A DNA stretch of 64,000 nt, from contig OZ244042.1 of the NCBI GenBank assembly GCA_965215015.1, positions 3,072,001-3,136,000 of the forward strand, given 5' to 3'. A program made the translations under genes and the position numbers. Source of the DNA: Candidatus Poribacteria bacterium (lineage in GTDB: Bacteria; Poribacteria; WGA-4E; PCPOR2b). The notes below the pieces were generated by a model, which made no database searches, was not told the DNA's origin, and saw only the letters and a list, made by a program, of their open reading frames with translations. Of the stretch, positions 20,057-30,143 are shown one piece after another (the stretch's first letter is position 1; the number at the start of each line of letters is the position of its first letter).

Positions 20057-20668
20057 TTAACCGGCGGCTGCTTCCTCTTCGTCCTGCTCTTCGTGTGCTG
20101 CCAAGTGTTCCTGTGCTTCAGCCATTGCCTCTGCATTGTTTTCCAGATCTGTCTTGGTGAAGAGTTTCTTCAAGAAAGGCACGCTCGTTCGTTTTGCAAC
20201 CGTTTGCGTTTTAATCTTTTCTTGCAATTTCATCAAGCCTTCAAGCACTGCCTCCGGACGCGGCGGGCAACCGGGAACATAAACATCAACGGGAATAATT
20301 CGGTCTACGCCCTTTAGGACATGATAGCCGTGTTGCCAGTATGGGCCACCACTCGTCGCGCAACTTCCCATGGAGATGACATATTTCGGTTCGGGCATCT
20401 GTTCATAGAGACGTTTAATCCGGGTCGCCATTTTCAGTGTGACTGTCCCCGAGACAATAATCAGATCGGATTGACGGGGCGTCGCACGTGGTACACCTGC
20501 ACCGAATCGATCTAAATCGTAATTTGAGGCGGCGGTCGCCATAAACTCAATGGCACAACAAGCAAGCCCAAAGGTCATTGGCCACAAGGACGATGCTCGC
20601 GCCCAATTGGCGACAGCATCGATAGAGGTTACGATGATGTTCTTGTCCAGCTTTTCCTCGATTATCAT
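20057..20668 (-). CDS. nuoB: NADH-quinone oxidoreductase subunit B
   Basis: [28 protein letters not shown] (N2 cluster ligands). Confidence 0.95.
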   Translation of the reverse strand: MIIEEKLDKNIIVTSIDAVANWARASSLWPMTFGLACCAIEFMATAASNYDLDRFGAGVPRATPRQSDLIIVSGTVTLKMATRIKRLYEQMPEPKYVISMGSCATSGGPYWQHGYHVLKGVDRIIPVDVYVPGCPPRPEAVLEGLMKLQEKIKTQTVAKRTSVPFLKKLFTKTDLENNAEAMAEAQEHLAAHEEQDEEEAAAG

Positions 20669-21057
20669 TGTTCAGTTTCCTCCCTTACAGACTGAATCGA
20701 GCGGATCCATTCGAGGTCCCCCTTTGCCCAAACATAGGCAAGACCGACCAACAGTATAAAGATGAAAATCAGCATTTCGACAAATGCGAGCAGCCCGATT
20801 TCACGGAAAACAACACCCCACGGAAATAAAAACACGATCTCGACATCAAAAATTAAGAAAATAAGTGCAATGACGTAGAATCGAGCATTAAACTTAATGC
20901 GAGAGTCACCAATTGGATCCTCACCACACTCATAAGGCATATACTTTTCGTCGGTGAAAAGTCGGGTCTGGAGCAGGCGAGAGAGGAGGAGGTTAAGTGT
21001 GACAAATAAACACCCAACGACCAGAAAGAGTAGCACATTTGCGAAATTAAAAAGCAT
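20665..21057 (-). CDS. nuoA: NADH-quinone oxidoreductase subunit A
   Basis: [25 protein letters not shown]. Confidence 0.95.
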   Translation of the reverse strand: MLFNFANVLLFLVVGCLFVTLNLLLSRLLQTRLFTDEKYMPYECGEDPIGDSRIKFNARFYVIALIFLIFDVEIVFLFPWGVVFREIGLLAFVEMLIFIFILLVGLAYVWAKGDLEWIRSIQSVREETEQ

Positions 21058-21132
21058 TGGTTCCGCAAGGCAAATCTTCGTGTCGTGTATTTCTACATAT
21101 CAACCGAAAATTTGCCCCGTCCTTTCAAGAAC

Positions 21133-21154
21133 GTTTGTGAAATTTCTCACAAAC
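21133..21154. promoter_or_regulatory. Rex-operator-like / CRP-family palindrome upstream of nuoA
   Basis: GTTTGTGA-AATTTC-TCACAAAC; one mismatch to the Rex consensus TTGTGAAWWWWTTCACAA and an exact TGTGA-N6-TCACA. Confidence 0.65.
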
Positions 21155-21744
21155 TAAGGGCTAAAAAAAATCGTGTCAAACTGTGCAACTTTGCAGTTTT
21201 AATGAACATCTGTATCCAAAGCATATTTATTATATATCAGATCCAGATTATTTGCAACAAAAAATCTGATAGATAGATGACTACAAATGCTGCAACTTTT
21301 TTCGATCCATCCCCACTAACACTGGGTTCAAACAAAGTTGACGAGTTAATTGGTCAATTCTAAATTTGAAACGGTCACGGAATTCCGTAACCTTACCAAG
21401 TCAGTTCACACTCATTTTTTTTGTACGGTTCCTGCCAATTTTGGTCTTGACAATCTGGATGACCTTGTCACGTGACAACAGCGTTTTGATTACATGAATA
21501 CAACGCTAAATCGTAATAAGGGAAATTGATTATAACAACCAAAGTTAAGAATTGTAGCCCACTCTTATTCTTGAGGAATGTCTAGTGAAAAGATAGATTT
21601 CTTCTCAAAGATCGGTTATAATTTACAAGGGTTTTGAGAAATTAGGGATGTTTACACTTAGATAGGATTTGCAGGCTCCGTTCGGAGAGAACCTAATCGT
21701 AGGATGGTCCACAATCACAATAAACCACATTGGAGCGAATGAAA

Positions 21745-23277
21745 ATGTCTGAAATTTCGACTATCTCGGTGCTACTCGCGGCGGGTCATGATGACGCGGC
21801 CGCAGTCGCCGCGCTAAATTGTCCCGCACTTACTTACAAGGGATTACGCGACCACGTTGAACAAACAGTCGTTGCGTTGAACGTCCTCGGTATCGGACGG
21901 AATGACCGCGTGGCCATCGTTCTGCCAAACGGACCAGAAATGGCAACAGCATTTGTTTCGATTGCCGCCGGTGCAACCACAGCACCGCTCAATCCCGCCT
22001 ACCGGAAGGAGGAGTTCAATTTTTATCTCTCGGACCTAGGCGCGAAAGCACTCCTAGTTGAGGAAGGCAGCACCTCGGCCGCCATTGAAGCGGCGGCAGC
22101 ACATAATATACCGGTCCTTGAAGTGGTCGTCAATGAAAACAAGCCGGCAGGCTTGTTTGAAATCGTACCTAGCCAAGGAGTAGGCTCGGGGGGACCTGCT
22201 TCTTCTGGCGGCACCGCTGGCCCCGATGATGTAGCTCTCGTGCTGCACACTTCAGGCACCACGTCCCGACCGAAAATCGTACCACTCACCCACCGCAACG
22301 TGTGTGCTTCGTCCGGTAACATCCACAAGACGTTGGAGTTGACACCGGATGATCGTTGTATGAATGTGATGCCACTGTTCCATATCCACGGCTTGATGGC
22401 AGCAATTTTATCAACCTTGAGTGCAGGAGCTAGCGTATTCTGCACCCCGGGCTTCAATGCTTTGAGATTTTTCCCCTGGTTAAGGGAAGCAAAACCAACT
22501 TGGTACAGCGCAGTGCCCACGATGCATCAGGCAATTCTATCTCGCGCCGGACGCAATCAAGAAATTATCGATGCGGTGGAACTCCGTTTCATTCGCTCTT
22601 CTTCTGCTTCATTGCCGCCGCAGGTGATGCAACAATTAGAGACGACTTTCAACGCGCCGGTTGTCGAAGCTTATGCGATGACGGAGGCCTCACACCAGAT
22701 GACCTGTAATCCACTGCCCCCTGGCCAGCGCAAACCCGGCACGGTCGGTCCTGCCGCTGGCCCAGAGGTTTCTATTATGGATGAGCAGGGCTCGCTGTTG
22801 TCAATTGGGACTGTGGGTGAAGTGGTAATTCGTGGACCTAACGTGACGCTCGGCTACGAGAATAATCCCACTGCCAACGCCGATAACTTTACAAATGGCT
22901 GGTTCCGCACGGGAGACCAAGGTGTAATGGACGAGGACGGGTATCTGACCATAACGGGCCGCCTCAAAGAGATTATTAATCGGGGAGGCGAGAAGATCTC
23001 TCCGCGCGAGGTGGATGATGTGCTGATGGATCATCCGGCGGTACAGCAGGTAGTGACATTTGCCATGCCGCATGACAAGCTAGGCGAAGAGGTCGCTGCC
23101 GCTATCGTGCTGCGAGAAGGCGTCGAATCTACTGAACGTGAGATTCAAGCGTTTGCCACAGAACAACTCGCCAATTTCAAGGTGCCTCGCAAGGTACTGT
23201 TCCTTGACGAGATTCCAAAGGGGCCAACCGGTAAAATACAACGGATCGGCCTTGCTAAAAAATTGGGGGTGCTCTAA
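21745..23277 (+). CDS. Oxalate--CoA ligase-like acyl-CoA synthetase (AAE3/Pcs60/Oxs type)
   Basis: LHTSGTTSRPK.VPLT, PLFHIHGL, TWYSAVPTMHQAIL, LRFIRSSSASL, EAYAMTEASH, INRGGEKISP closely follow the oxalyl-CoA synthetase subfamily. Confidence 0.85.
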   Translation: MSEISTISVLLAAGHDDAAAVAALNCPALTYKGLRDHVEQTVVALNVLGIGRNDRVAIVLPNGPEMATAFVSIAAGATTAPLNPAYRKEEFNFYLSDLGAKALLVEEGSTSAAIEAAAAHNIPVLEVVVNENKPAGLFEIVPSQGVGSGGPASSGGTAGPDDVALVLHTSGTTSRPKIVPLTHRNVCASSGNIHKTLELTPDDRCMNVMPLFHIHGLMAAILSTLSAGASVFCTPGFNALRFFPWLREAKPTWYSAVPTMHQAILSRAGRNQEIIDAVELRFIRSSSASLPPQVMQQLETTFNAPVVEAYAMTEASHQMTCNPLPPGQRKPGTVGPAAGPEVSIMDEQGSLLSIGTVGEVVIRGPNVTLGYENNPTANADNFTNGWFRTGDQGVMDEDGYLTITGRLKEIINRGGEKISPREVDDVLMDHPAVQQVVTFAMPHDKLGEEVAAAIVLREGVESTEREIQAFATEQLANFKVPRKVLFLDEIPKGPTGKIQRIGLAKKLGVL

Positions 23278-24251
23278 TGTCTATCTGCATATACGGTGCC
23301 GGTGCGATTGGAGGCTATCTGGGTGTGCAATTGGCTTTGGCCGGCGAGGAAGTGACGCTGATTGCCCGTGGGCCACACTTAGAAGCGATGCAAAAAAATG
23401 GAGTAAAGCTGCACATCAACGGTGAAGAACGGGTCGCCCATCCGCGCTGCAGCAATGACCCCGCCGAAGTAGGGCCTCAAGACTACCTCATCATCACCCT
23501 CAAAACACATTCAGTGCCCGGCATTGTCGATACCATACAGCCCTTGCTCTGCCCGGAGACAGCGGTCGTGACAGCGTTCAATGGAATTCCTTTTTGGTAC
23601 TTCTATCAACTTGAGGGACCGTGGCAGGATCACCAGGTTGAGAGTGTTGATCCAGGGGGCGAGCAATGGGAGAAAATTGGTCCCGAGCGGGCTATCGGTT
23701 GTGTTGTCTATCCGGCGACCGAAGTGTCAGAACCTGGTGTTATTCAACACATTGATGGCGATCGATTTAGCATCGGTGAACCAAGGGGGGAGAAGACCGA
23801 TCGTATTACGAAATTGAGTGAAATTCTGCACAAAGCCGGGTTGAAAGCACCGATACGTTCCCATATTCGCAATGAGATCTGGGTCAAGCTGTGGGGCAAC
23901 CTCTGCTTCAACCCGATCAGTGCGTTGACCTATGCAACGCTGGATGTGATTGCGACGGATCCGGGCACGCAGGCGGTTGCGCGCACAATGATGTTGGAAG
24001 CCCAAGCCATTGGTGAGAAGTTGGGCGTACGCTTTGGTGTCGATGTAGACCGGCGGATTGCCGGCGCGGCGGCTGTGGGGGCACACAAGACTTCCATGTT
24101 ACAAGACCTTGAACGCGGTAGACCCATGGAGATTGACGCAGTGTTGACTGTTGTTCAGGAGATGGGACGCTTGGTCGAGGTAGAAACACCAACGATTGAT
24201 GTGGTACTCCCACTTGTCCAACAAAGAGCACGCATTGCAGGCTGCTATTGA
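23277..24251 (+). CDS. Ketopantoate reductase-like protein, probable oxalyl-CoA reductase (PanE2 type)
   Basis: GAGAIG, NGIPFWYF, W.KLWGN, HKTSMLQDLE.GRPME; translationally coupled (TAATG) to the CoA ligase. Confidence 0.8.
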   Translation: MSICIYGAGAIGGYLGVQLALAGEEVTLIARGPHLEAMQKNGVKLHINGEERVAHPRCSNDPAEVGPQDYLIITLKTHSVPGIVDTIQPLLCPETAVVTAFNGIPFWYFYQLEGPWQDHQVESVDPGGEQWEKIGPERAIGCVVYPATEVSEPGVIQHIDGDRFSIGEPRGEKTDRITKLSEILHKAGLKAPIRSHIRNEIWVKLWGNLCFNPISALTYATLDVIATDPGTQAVARTMMLEAQAIGEKLGVRFGVDVDRRIAGAAAVGAHKTSMLQDLERGRPMEIDAVLTVVQEMGRLVEVETPTIDVVLPLVQQRARIAGCY

Positions 24252-24321
24252 GGTATTCCCAAGCATAAATACTTGGGATTTACGACCTAAAGGTCAATTT
24301 TTAACGTTAGGAGAACTACCT

Positions 24322-25950
24322 ATGAGAGGTGGAGATATTCTTATTGAGTGTCTGAAAGCGCAAGGGGTCCGTTGCGTTTTCGGAATGCCAGGAACACAGA
24401 ACATACAGATCTACGATTCGCTTCTTCGTTGCGGAGCAGGCATCATTGAGCATTACCTCGTCCGTCATGAATATGCTTCAACACAGATGGCGGACGGCTA
24501 CGCTCGTTCTACCGGAGAAGTCGGTGTCGCGTTGACGGTTCCGGGTCCCGGTGCAAGCAACGCGTCAACAGGAATTTTGGAGGCATTCACAGATTGCGTC
24601 CCTGTGTTGCTGATCACTGGACAAAGCGACTCCGAATTTTATACAAGAGATCCGAGTAAGATGTTTCACGGCTTGGATCAGATGAGTTTCTTTGAATCCG
24701 TCACGAAGTATTGTGCAATTGCCCAGACAGTGGCAGACATCCCCAAAGTTGTCGAAAATGCGTTCCGCGCCATGCGGTCAGGACGGCCTGGGCCTGTCGT
24801 GCTGGAATTTCCGATGGATGTGGTTACCGGGGAGGGAGAGGTTGCCATTCCTCCGCGTGTTGAACGACAGCCAGCCGCCCCACCCAATTCCGATAATCTC
24901 CAATCCGCGGCGGAAGCCCTCAGAAACGCAGAGAGGCCAATCCTGTTTGCAGGGTCGGCAGTTATCCACTCCGACGCACGTGAGGAATTACAGCAACTCG
25001 CTGAGAAACTGAACGCTCCCGTTGTTGTGGCGCGATGTGCAAAGGGTGCTTTCGCTGAAGACCATCCACTGGCATTGCAAATTGTTTACGGCTTTCCAGG
25101 CCATCAAGCGATGCAGATTGCGGATTGCACACTTGCTATCGGTCCTCGTTTCACATCAATTGACACACGGACTTGGAGCTTTGAACCCCCACGCCCATTA
25201 ATCCAACTCGATGAGGACGGGGAGGAAATTGGGCGAGAATATCCGTGCGACGTTGGGGTTGTCGGCGATCTTAAATTGACCTTGCAAGCGTTAATCGAAG
25301 AGGTTGATGGAGGCAAAGATTCATGGACACGCCCATTAGATCGGATTCGAGAGAGGTTTGCCGCTCAACCTCCTTTGCCGCTGCTGCCGGAAATACGCGC
25401 AGTCCTTCCAGATGATGGAATTCTCTCCGTCGATGTTCATGGTATCGGTTACGCTTCGTTCGCCGAGTACCCGGTGTTAGATCCGCGAACCTTTCTCTAT
25501 CCAAACATCGGTGTCGCGCTCGGATACGCTTTCCCCGCGGCAATCGGTGCAAAAGTCGCCCATCCGGAGAAACCAGTCGTGTGCTTCAGCGGGGATGGCG
25601 GATTCATGATGGGCTCTCCTGAGTTAGCCACCGCAATGATGTACGGTATCAACGTCGTGACAATCGTTGTAAATGATGGCGCGTTGAGCGCAATCAAAGG
25701 ATCTCAGCAAAAAGGCTGCAACGGGCGCACCATCGATACCGACCTGAGCAACCCGGATTTTATCCAGTTTGCGGAATCCTTCGGTGCTTACGCGGTGCGG
25801 GTTGATGAGCTGGCAGATTTCAAGGGCGTGCTACAAGACGCACTCGCCGCAGACCGGCCCGCCATCATCGAAGTGTCAATGCAAGATCGGCAGGAAGAGG
25901 TCATCGGTATGATTGGCTGGTTGCAGGCGGATCCACTGCGAAAAGCGTGA
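24322..25950 (+). CDS. Thiamine diphosphate-dependent enzyme, acetolactate synthase-like family
   Basis: VFGMPG, RHE, GPGASN, GDGGF...N ThDP/Mg motif; AGGAG RBS before ATG 24322. Confidence 0.85.
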   Translation: MRGGDILIECLKAQGVRCVFGMPGTQNIQIYDSLLRCGAGIIEHYLVRHEYASTQMADGYARSTGEVGVALTVPGPGASNASTGILEAFTDCVPVLLITGQSDSEFYTRDPSKMFHGLDQMSFFESVTKYCAIAQTVADIPKVVENAFRAMRSGRPGPVVLEFPMDVVTGEGEVAIPPRVERQPAAPPNSDNLQSAAEALRNAERPILFAGSAVIHSDAREELQQLAEKLNAPVVVARCAKGAFAEDHPLALQIVYGFPGHQAMQIADCTLAIGPRFTSIDTRTWSFEPPRPLIQLDEDGEEIGREYPCDVGVVGDLKLTLQALIEEVDGGKDSWTRPLDRIRERFAAQPPLPLLPEIRAVLPDDGILSVDVHGIGYASFAEYPVLDPRTFLYPNIGVALGYAFPAAIGAKVAHPEKPVVCFSGDGGFMMGSPELATAMMYGINVVTIVVNDGALSAIKGSQQKGCNGRTIDTDLSNPDFIQFAESFGAYAVRVDELADFKGVLQDALAADRPAIIEVSMQDRQEEVIGMIGWLQADPLRKA

Positions 25951-26171
25951 GTCTCGTGTTAAGTAAGGGGGTATGGCCCCCCCTACGGTTTCTCTTCACG
26001 CTTTGTACTTCGGGGTTCGCTCGGTAAATCGCGGATTTATCGGGTGAACCCCTTCTTTCTATACAACCGCTCATATAAATCATGCGTGAAATGTAAGACG
26101 TGAAAGAAAGAAATTTTGGGTTCATGTGCTATGTAATATGTACTTCTTTTACCTTAATGAGGCTTTAATCA

Positions 26172-26867
26172 ATGATGGAAATTCGTGCCTTGTTGTTTGA
26201 TTTTGGCGGCACGCTCGATGGAAATGGCATTCATTGGCGAGACAGAACATACCGGTTCATCCAGCAGGTGTATCCAGAAATTGACAGGGAAACGTTTGAT
26301 CGGGTGGATCGCGCTGCTGTTGATAGACTTATCCACAGCGGAAGGGCACACCAGCTGACACTGCGCGAAACGATGGATGTCATTGCCACCGGCATCTACG
26401 ATGCACTCGCTTTGGATCGGGACGTTAAGGACCAGTATGTAGACTTCTTCTGCGAAGATGCAAAGGAATACCTTGATCAAAATCGGCGGTGGATTGTAAC
26501 GCTTCGAGAGCAATACCAGCTTGGCGTTATCAGCAACAACTTTGGAAACACACAAGGTTGGTGCGATGAATACAACCTCTCACCCTTGCTTGATGTTGTG
26601 GTTGATTCAACCGTTGTTGGCATATCGAAACCGGAGGCAGGAATATTTCACGCGGCGTTGTCGAAATTAGGTGTCTCCCCTAAAGAAGCAATCTATGTCG
26701 GGGATACATATTCGGACGATGTGGTCGGTGCAAAAGGCGTGGGGATGTGGACTGCTTGGTTGGTAGGTGCGGAAGACAAGGCGTGCCCCGACGCATCGCT
26801 CGTTGATGTTCAACTTACAGACCTCCATAGACTCAAGGGGTTTTTGGAATCGGAGAACCGAACTTGA
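26172..26867 (+). CDS. HAD family hydrolase
   Basis: FDFGGTLD, ISN, KP, YVGDTYSDDVVGA. Confidence 0.9.
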   Translation: MMEIRALLFDFGGTLDGNGIHWRDRTYRFIQQVYPEIDRETFDRVDRAAVDRLIHSGRAHQLTLRETMDVIATGIYDALALDRDVKDQYVDFFCEDAKEYLDQNRRWIVTLREQYQLGVISNNFGNTQGWCDEYNLSPLLDVVVDSTVVGISKPEAGIFHAALSKLGVSPKEAIYVGDTYSDDVVGAKGVGMWTAWLVGAEDKACPDASLVDVQLTDLHRLKGFLESENRT

Positions 26868-27007
26868 AAAATTGAATTTTCGTTAAGATTATGTTAAGAG
26901 AGGCTTACAGTCATTAGATCTCTAAACCTCACCTACCCTTCTGCGTCTACCTATGCACACAACGAATTTCCAGTAAGAGATTAGTAAGGATGAAGGGGCA
27001 TTAAAAA

Positions 27008-28753
27008 ATGTACAATGCGGTAGGGAAATCATTAGTACAACTGATGCTGGATTCAGATGTAATCTCCCAAGATGAGCATCAACAGGTTCTTGAGGAAACC
27101 GAAAACACAGGTGTTACCCACACCCAAGCACTCTCAAAGTTTGTGGACTCCAAGTCCCTCGCGCTCGCCAAACAGGCACTTGAATACGGGGTGCCGTGTA
27201 TCCTGCTTGAAGATGTTATTCCGGAGGCTGAGGCAACTGAGCGAGTTTCAGCAAGTTTTGCTTACCGAAACAAAGTCTTGCCAATTCGCCTGAGCAAAGG
27301 AACGCTTACTGTTGCGATGGCGGATGCGTTGGATATCACGCTAATTGATGAGATGCGGTTGGTTACGGAATGCGAGATTGAACCAGTGCTTGCGGGTGAA
27401 GGGGACATCGAAGCAGCCATTATCCGTTTCTACGGAAAAACCGCCGCCGCTATTCTTAGCGAAGGAATTAAGGGGCCTGTTGGCGCAGTCGCCACACTTG
27501 AGCGCGAAACGATTGACGATTTCGGTATCAGCGAACAAGACTTAAGCCAGGATCCAACGGTTGTCAATGCCGTGGATCAGATTATCATTGACGCTGTCCG
27601 ACTCGGTGCCAGCGATATCCATATTGAACCCTTCCCCGGTGAGCTCAAAATCCGTTATCGGATTGACGGTGTTTTGGAAGACCAACCCAACCCCCCACCC
27701 CATCTCCAGTCCGCAATTACCTCCCGTATCAAGATTATGGCGAGTATGAACGTGGCGGAACGGCGACGGCCTTTGGACGGAAAAATCGGTGTGACCGTCC
27801 AGAGCGTCGGCAACCGTCAGATCGATTTGCGTGTTTCGACCGTGCCGACCGTACATGGCGAAAGTGTCGTTCTCCGAATCCTCGATAAGCAATCCATCTC
27901 ATTTGGTTTAGAGCAGCTCGGCTTGCTGGAGGAGAATCTGGATCAGTTTTACCGAATGATTCAGAAACCACACGGCATTATCTTGGCAACAGGTCCAACG
28001 GGCAGTGGGAAGACCACAACACTATATGCCTGTTTGAGAGAGATCAACACCCCGGATGTGAAAATCATCACGATAGAAGATCCCGTTGAGTATGAGTTGG
28101 AAGGGATAAACCAGATTCAAGTGAATCCTGAGATAAATGTGACCTTTGCAGCGGGGTTGAGACACATCCTTCGTCAAGACCCGGATAAAGTGCTGGTTGG
28201 TGAAATCCGAGATTATGAAACAGCAGAGATGGCGATCCATACCTCTTTGACCGGGCATCTTGTCTTTAGCTCACTGCACACGAACGACGCAGCAAGTGCA
28301 GTTACTCGTCTAGCAGATATGGGAGTTGAACCGTACTTAGTTGCCTCAACGCTGGAGGGCATTATTGCCCAACGGCTTGCACGTCGGGTTTGTCCACATT
28401 GCCATGAGATGTACACGCCGGAGCCGGAACACGTCCAAGATTTGCTCGGTAGCCAAGCTGGGATAATCACCTCCGACCTACTTATTCCTCGTGCGGTCGG
28501 CTGCAAAGAGTGCCGAGATCGTGGATATAAGGGGCGCATCGGCCTCTTTGAGGTTATCATGATGAGTGAGGAATTGCGCGAGATGACAATTCAAAGTGCA
28601 TCTGCTAGCCAACTGAAACGTGCCGCGATGCGGTTAGGGATGAAAACGTTGCGGGAGGATGGTTGGAGAAAAGTGATTGCTGGCTACACGACCATTGATG
28701 AAGTTGTACGCCTCACACAAGAGGACGAGTTTGACATCGGAGAAGTGATATGA
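27008..28753 (+). CDS. gspE: Type II secretion/pilus assembly ATPase (GspE/PilB)
   Basis: ASDIHIEP, Walker A GPTGSGKTTT, TIEDPVE, LRQDPD, tetracysteine CPHC/CKEC. Confidence 0.93.
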   Translation: MYNAVGKSLVQLMLDSDVISQDEHQQVLEETENTGVTHTQALSKFVDSKSLALAKQALEYGVPCILLEDVIPEAEATERVSASFAYRNKVLPIRLSKGTLTVAMADALDITLIDEMRLVTECEIEPVLAGEGDIEAAIIRFYGKTAAAILSEGIKGPVGAVATLERETIDDFGISEQDLSQDPTVVNAVDQIIIDAVRLGASDIHIEPFPGELKIRYRIDGVLEDQPNPPPHLQSAITSRIKIMASMNVAERRRPLDGKIGVTVQSVGNRQIDLRVSTVPTVHGESVVLRILDKQSISFGLEQLGLLEENLDQFYRMIQKPHGIILATGPTGSGKTTTLYACLREINTPDVKIITIEDPVEYELEGINQIQVNPEINVTFAAGLRHILRQDPDKVLVGEIRDYETAEMAIHTSLTGHLVFSSLHTNDAASAVTRLADMGVEPYLVASTLEGIIAQRLARRVCPHCHEMYTPEPEHVQDLLGSQAGIITSDLLIPRAVGCKECRDRGYKGRIGLFEVIMMSEELREMTIQSASASQLKRAAMRLGMKTLREDGWRKVIAGYTTIDEVVRLTQEDEFDIGEVI

Positions 28754-28801
28754 AATGTGAAGCGTAATGCGTAAGTTGCGTATTACAGGAGGGAGTTCCT
28801 G

Positions 28802-30025
28802 ATGCCAAGATTCCGTTATGAAGCCCTAACGAGCACCGGAACGGTGGTCACTAACACACAAGAGGCAAGCAATAAGACTGAACTTGTGTCTAAGCTGAAG
28901 GTGATGGGGTATTGGCCCACGAGCATCATTGAGGACAGTGCACAAACTCAAGATCGAAAAGGGATTCAGATTCCATTTTTGCCCGCTCGGATTAAGCAGG
29001 CAGAGGTCGAGTTCTTCACATATCAGATGGCAACACTAATCAACGCCCATGTTCCGTTATCTCGTGCTTTGGGGGTGACTCTCGAGCAGATTAACAACGT
29101 TGCGCTCAAGCGAGTGGTTGAACAGGTCAAATATGATGTTGAACACGGATCACCGCTGAACGACGCACTCGCACAACACCCAAAGGTGTTTTCCGAGTTG
29201 TATGTCAATATGGTCAAAGCAGGCGAAGCGGGTGGGGTTCTCGGTGTTGTGTTGGAACGCCTCGCCGAGTTTGCAGAGAGACAACGGATACTGAAAACTG
29301 AAGTGACCTCCGCACTGTTCTATCCTGCAATTCTGCTGGTGTTAAGCATCGGTGCTGTAGCAATATTGATGACCTTCGTTATTCCTAAATTCACTGGCAT
29401 GTTCGCCGAGTTGGACGTTGAATTGCCCGGTCCGACGCGATTTCTTATCGGTGTCACCAATTTCTTGAGTGTGTACTGGTGGATAATCTTAATTGCGGTA
29501 ATTGGTAGTGTCGTGGGACTCAGGCAGTATATTCGCACGGAAAGCGGACGACTGACTTTTGATTGGGTGAAGCTTAAACTCCCAATTATTGGGGTAATCT
29601 TCAGCAACTTTGCACTGGTACGGTTTACGCGAACAATGGCAACGCTGCTTGAAAATGGTGTAATACTGCTGCCTGCGCTTCGCGTTGTCAAGGACACCAT
29701 TGGGAACTTAGTTTACGGGAATGCAGTTGCAAATGCGGAACAAGAAATTGAGCGAGGGTCAACTTTGTCGAGAGAATTAGAGAGAAGTGCTGTCTTCCCA
29801 CCCCTACTGACCCACATGGTCGCGATTGGTGAGGAATCCGGCGATCCTGAACAGATGTTGACGAAACTATCGGTATATTACGATATAGAAATTAAGAAAA
29901 ATCTAGAACGATTGACTAACTCAATTGGTCCGTTGGTGATTCTATTTATGGGATTGCTAATCGGATTTATTGCTGTTGCAATGATACTCCCAATCTTTGA
30001 AGCCAGCACATCGCTCAGTGGATAA
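28802..30025 (+). CDS. gspF: Type II secretion platform protein (GspF/PilC)
   Basis: YVNMVKAGEAGG, MVAIGEESG, AMILPIF; 3 TM segments. Confidence 0.93.
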   Translation: MPRFRYEALTSTGTVVTNTQEASNKTELVSKLKVMGYWPTSIIEDSAQTQDRKGIQIPFLPARIKQAEVEFFTYQMATLINAHVPLSRALGVTLEQINNVALKRVVEQVKYDVEHGSPLNDALAQHPKVFSELYVNMVKAGEAGGVLGVVLERLAEFAERQRILKTEVTSALFYPAILLVLSIGAVAILMTFVIPKFTGMFAELDVELPGPTRFLIGVTNFLSVYWWIILIAVIGSVVGLRQYIRTESGRLTFDWVKLKLPIIGVIFSNFALVRFTRTMATLLENGVILLPALRVVKDTIGNLVYGNAVANAEQEIERGSTLSRELERSAVFPPLLTHMVAIGEESGDPEQMLTKLSVYYDIEIKKNLERLTNSIGPLVILFMGLLIGFIAVAMILPIFEASTSLSG

Positions 30026-30143
30026 CCATTATTTTATCGTTACGCAAGTTGGGTCCTTATCCACGGAACTACGGACACGCCTCACATAAATGTCAACACA
30101 CCCTAGCAACTTGGGTTATCGTTATCAACATAGGAGGTAAAAT

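Noticed and set aside
23277-24251. Pantothenate-biosynthesis panE
   Set aside because: Coupling to an oxalate-CoA ligase-type gene and the NGIPFWYF insert favour the PanE2-like subfamily, so no symbol was assigned.
24322-25950. Calling the ThDP enzyme gcl, oxc or ilvB
   Set aside because: Diagnostic motifs do not fit Gcl or Oxc, and no ilvN/ilvC context is present.
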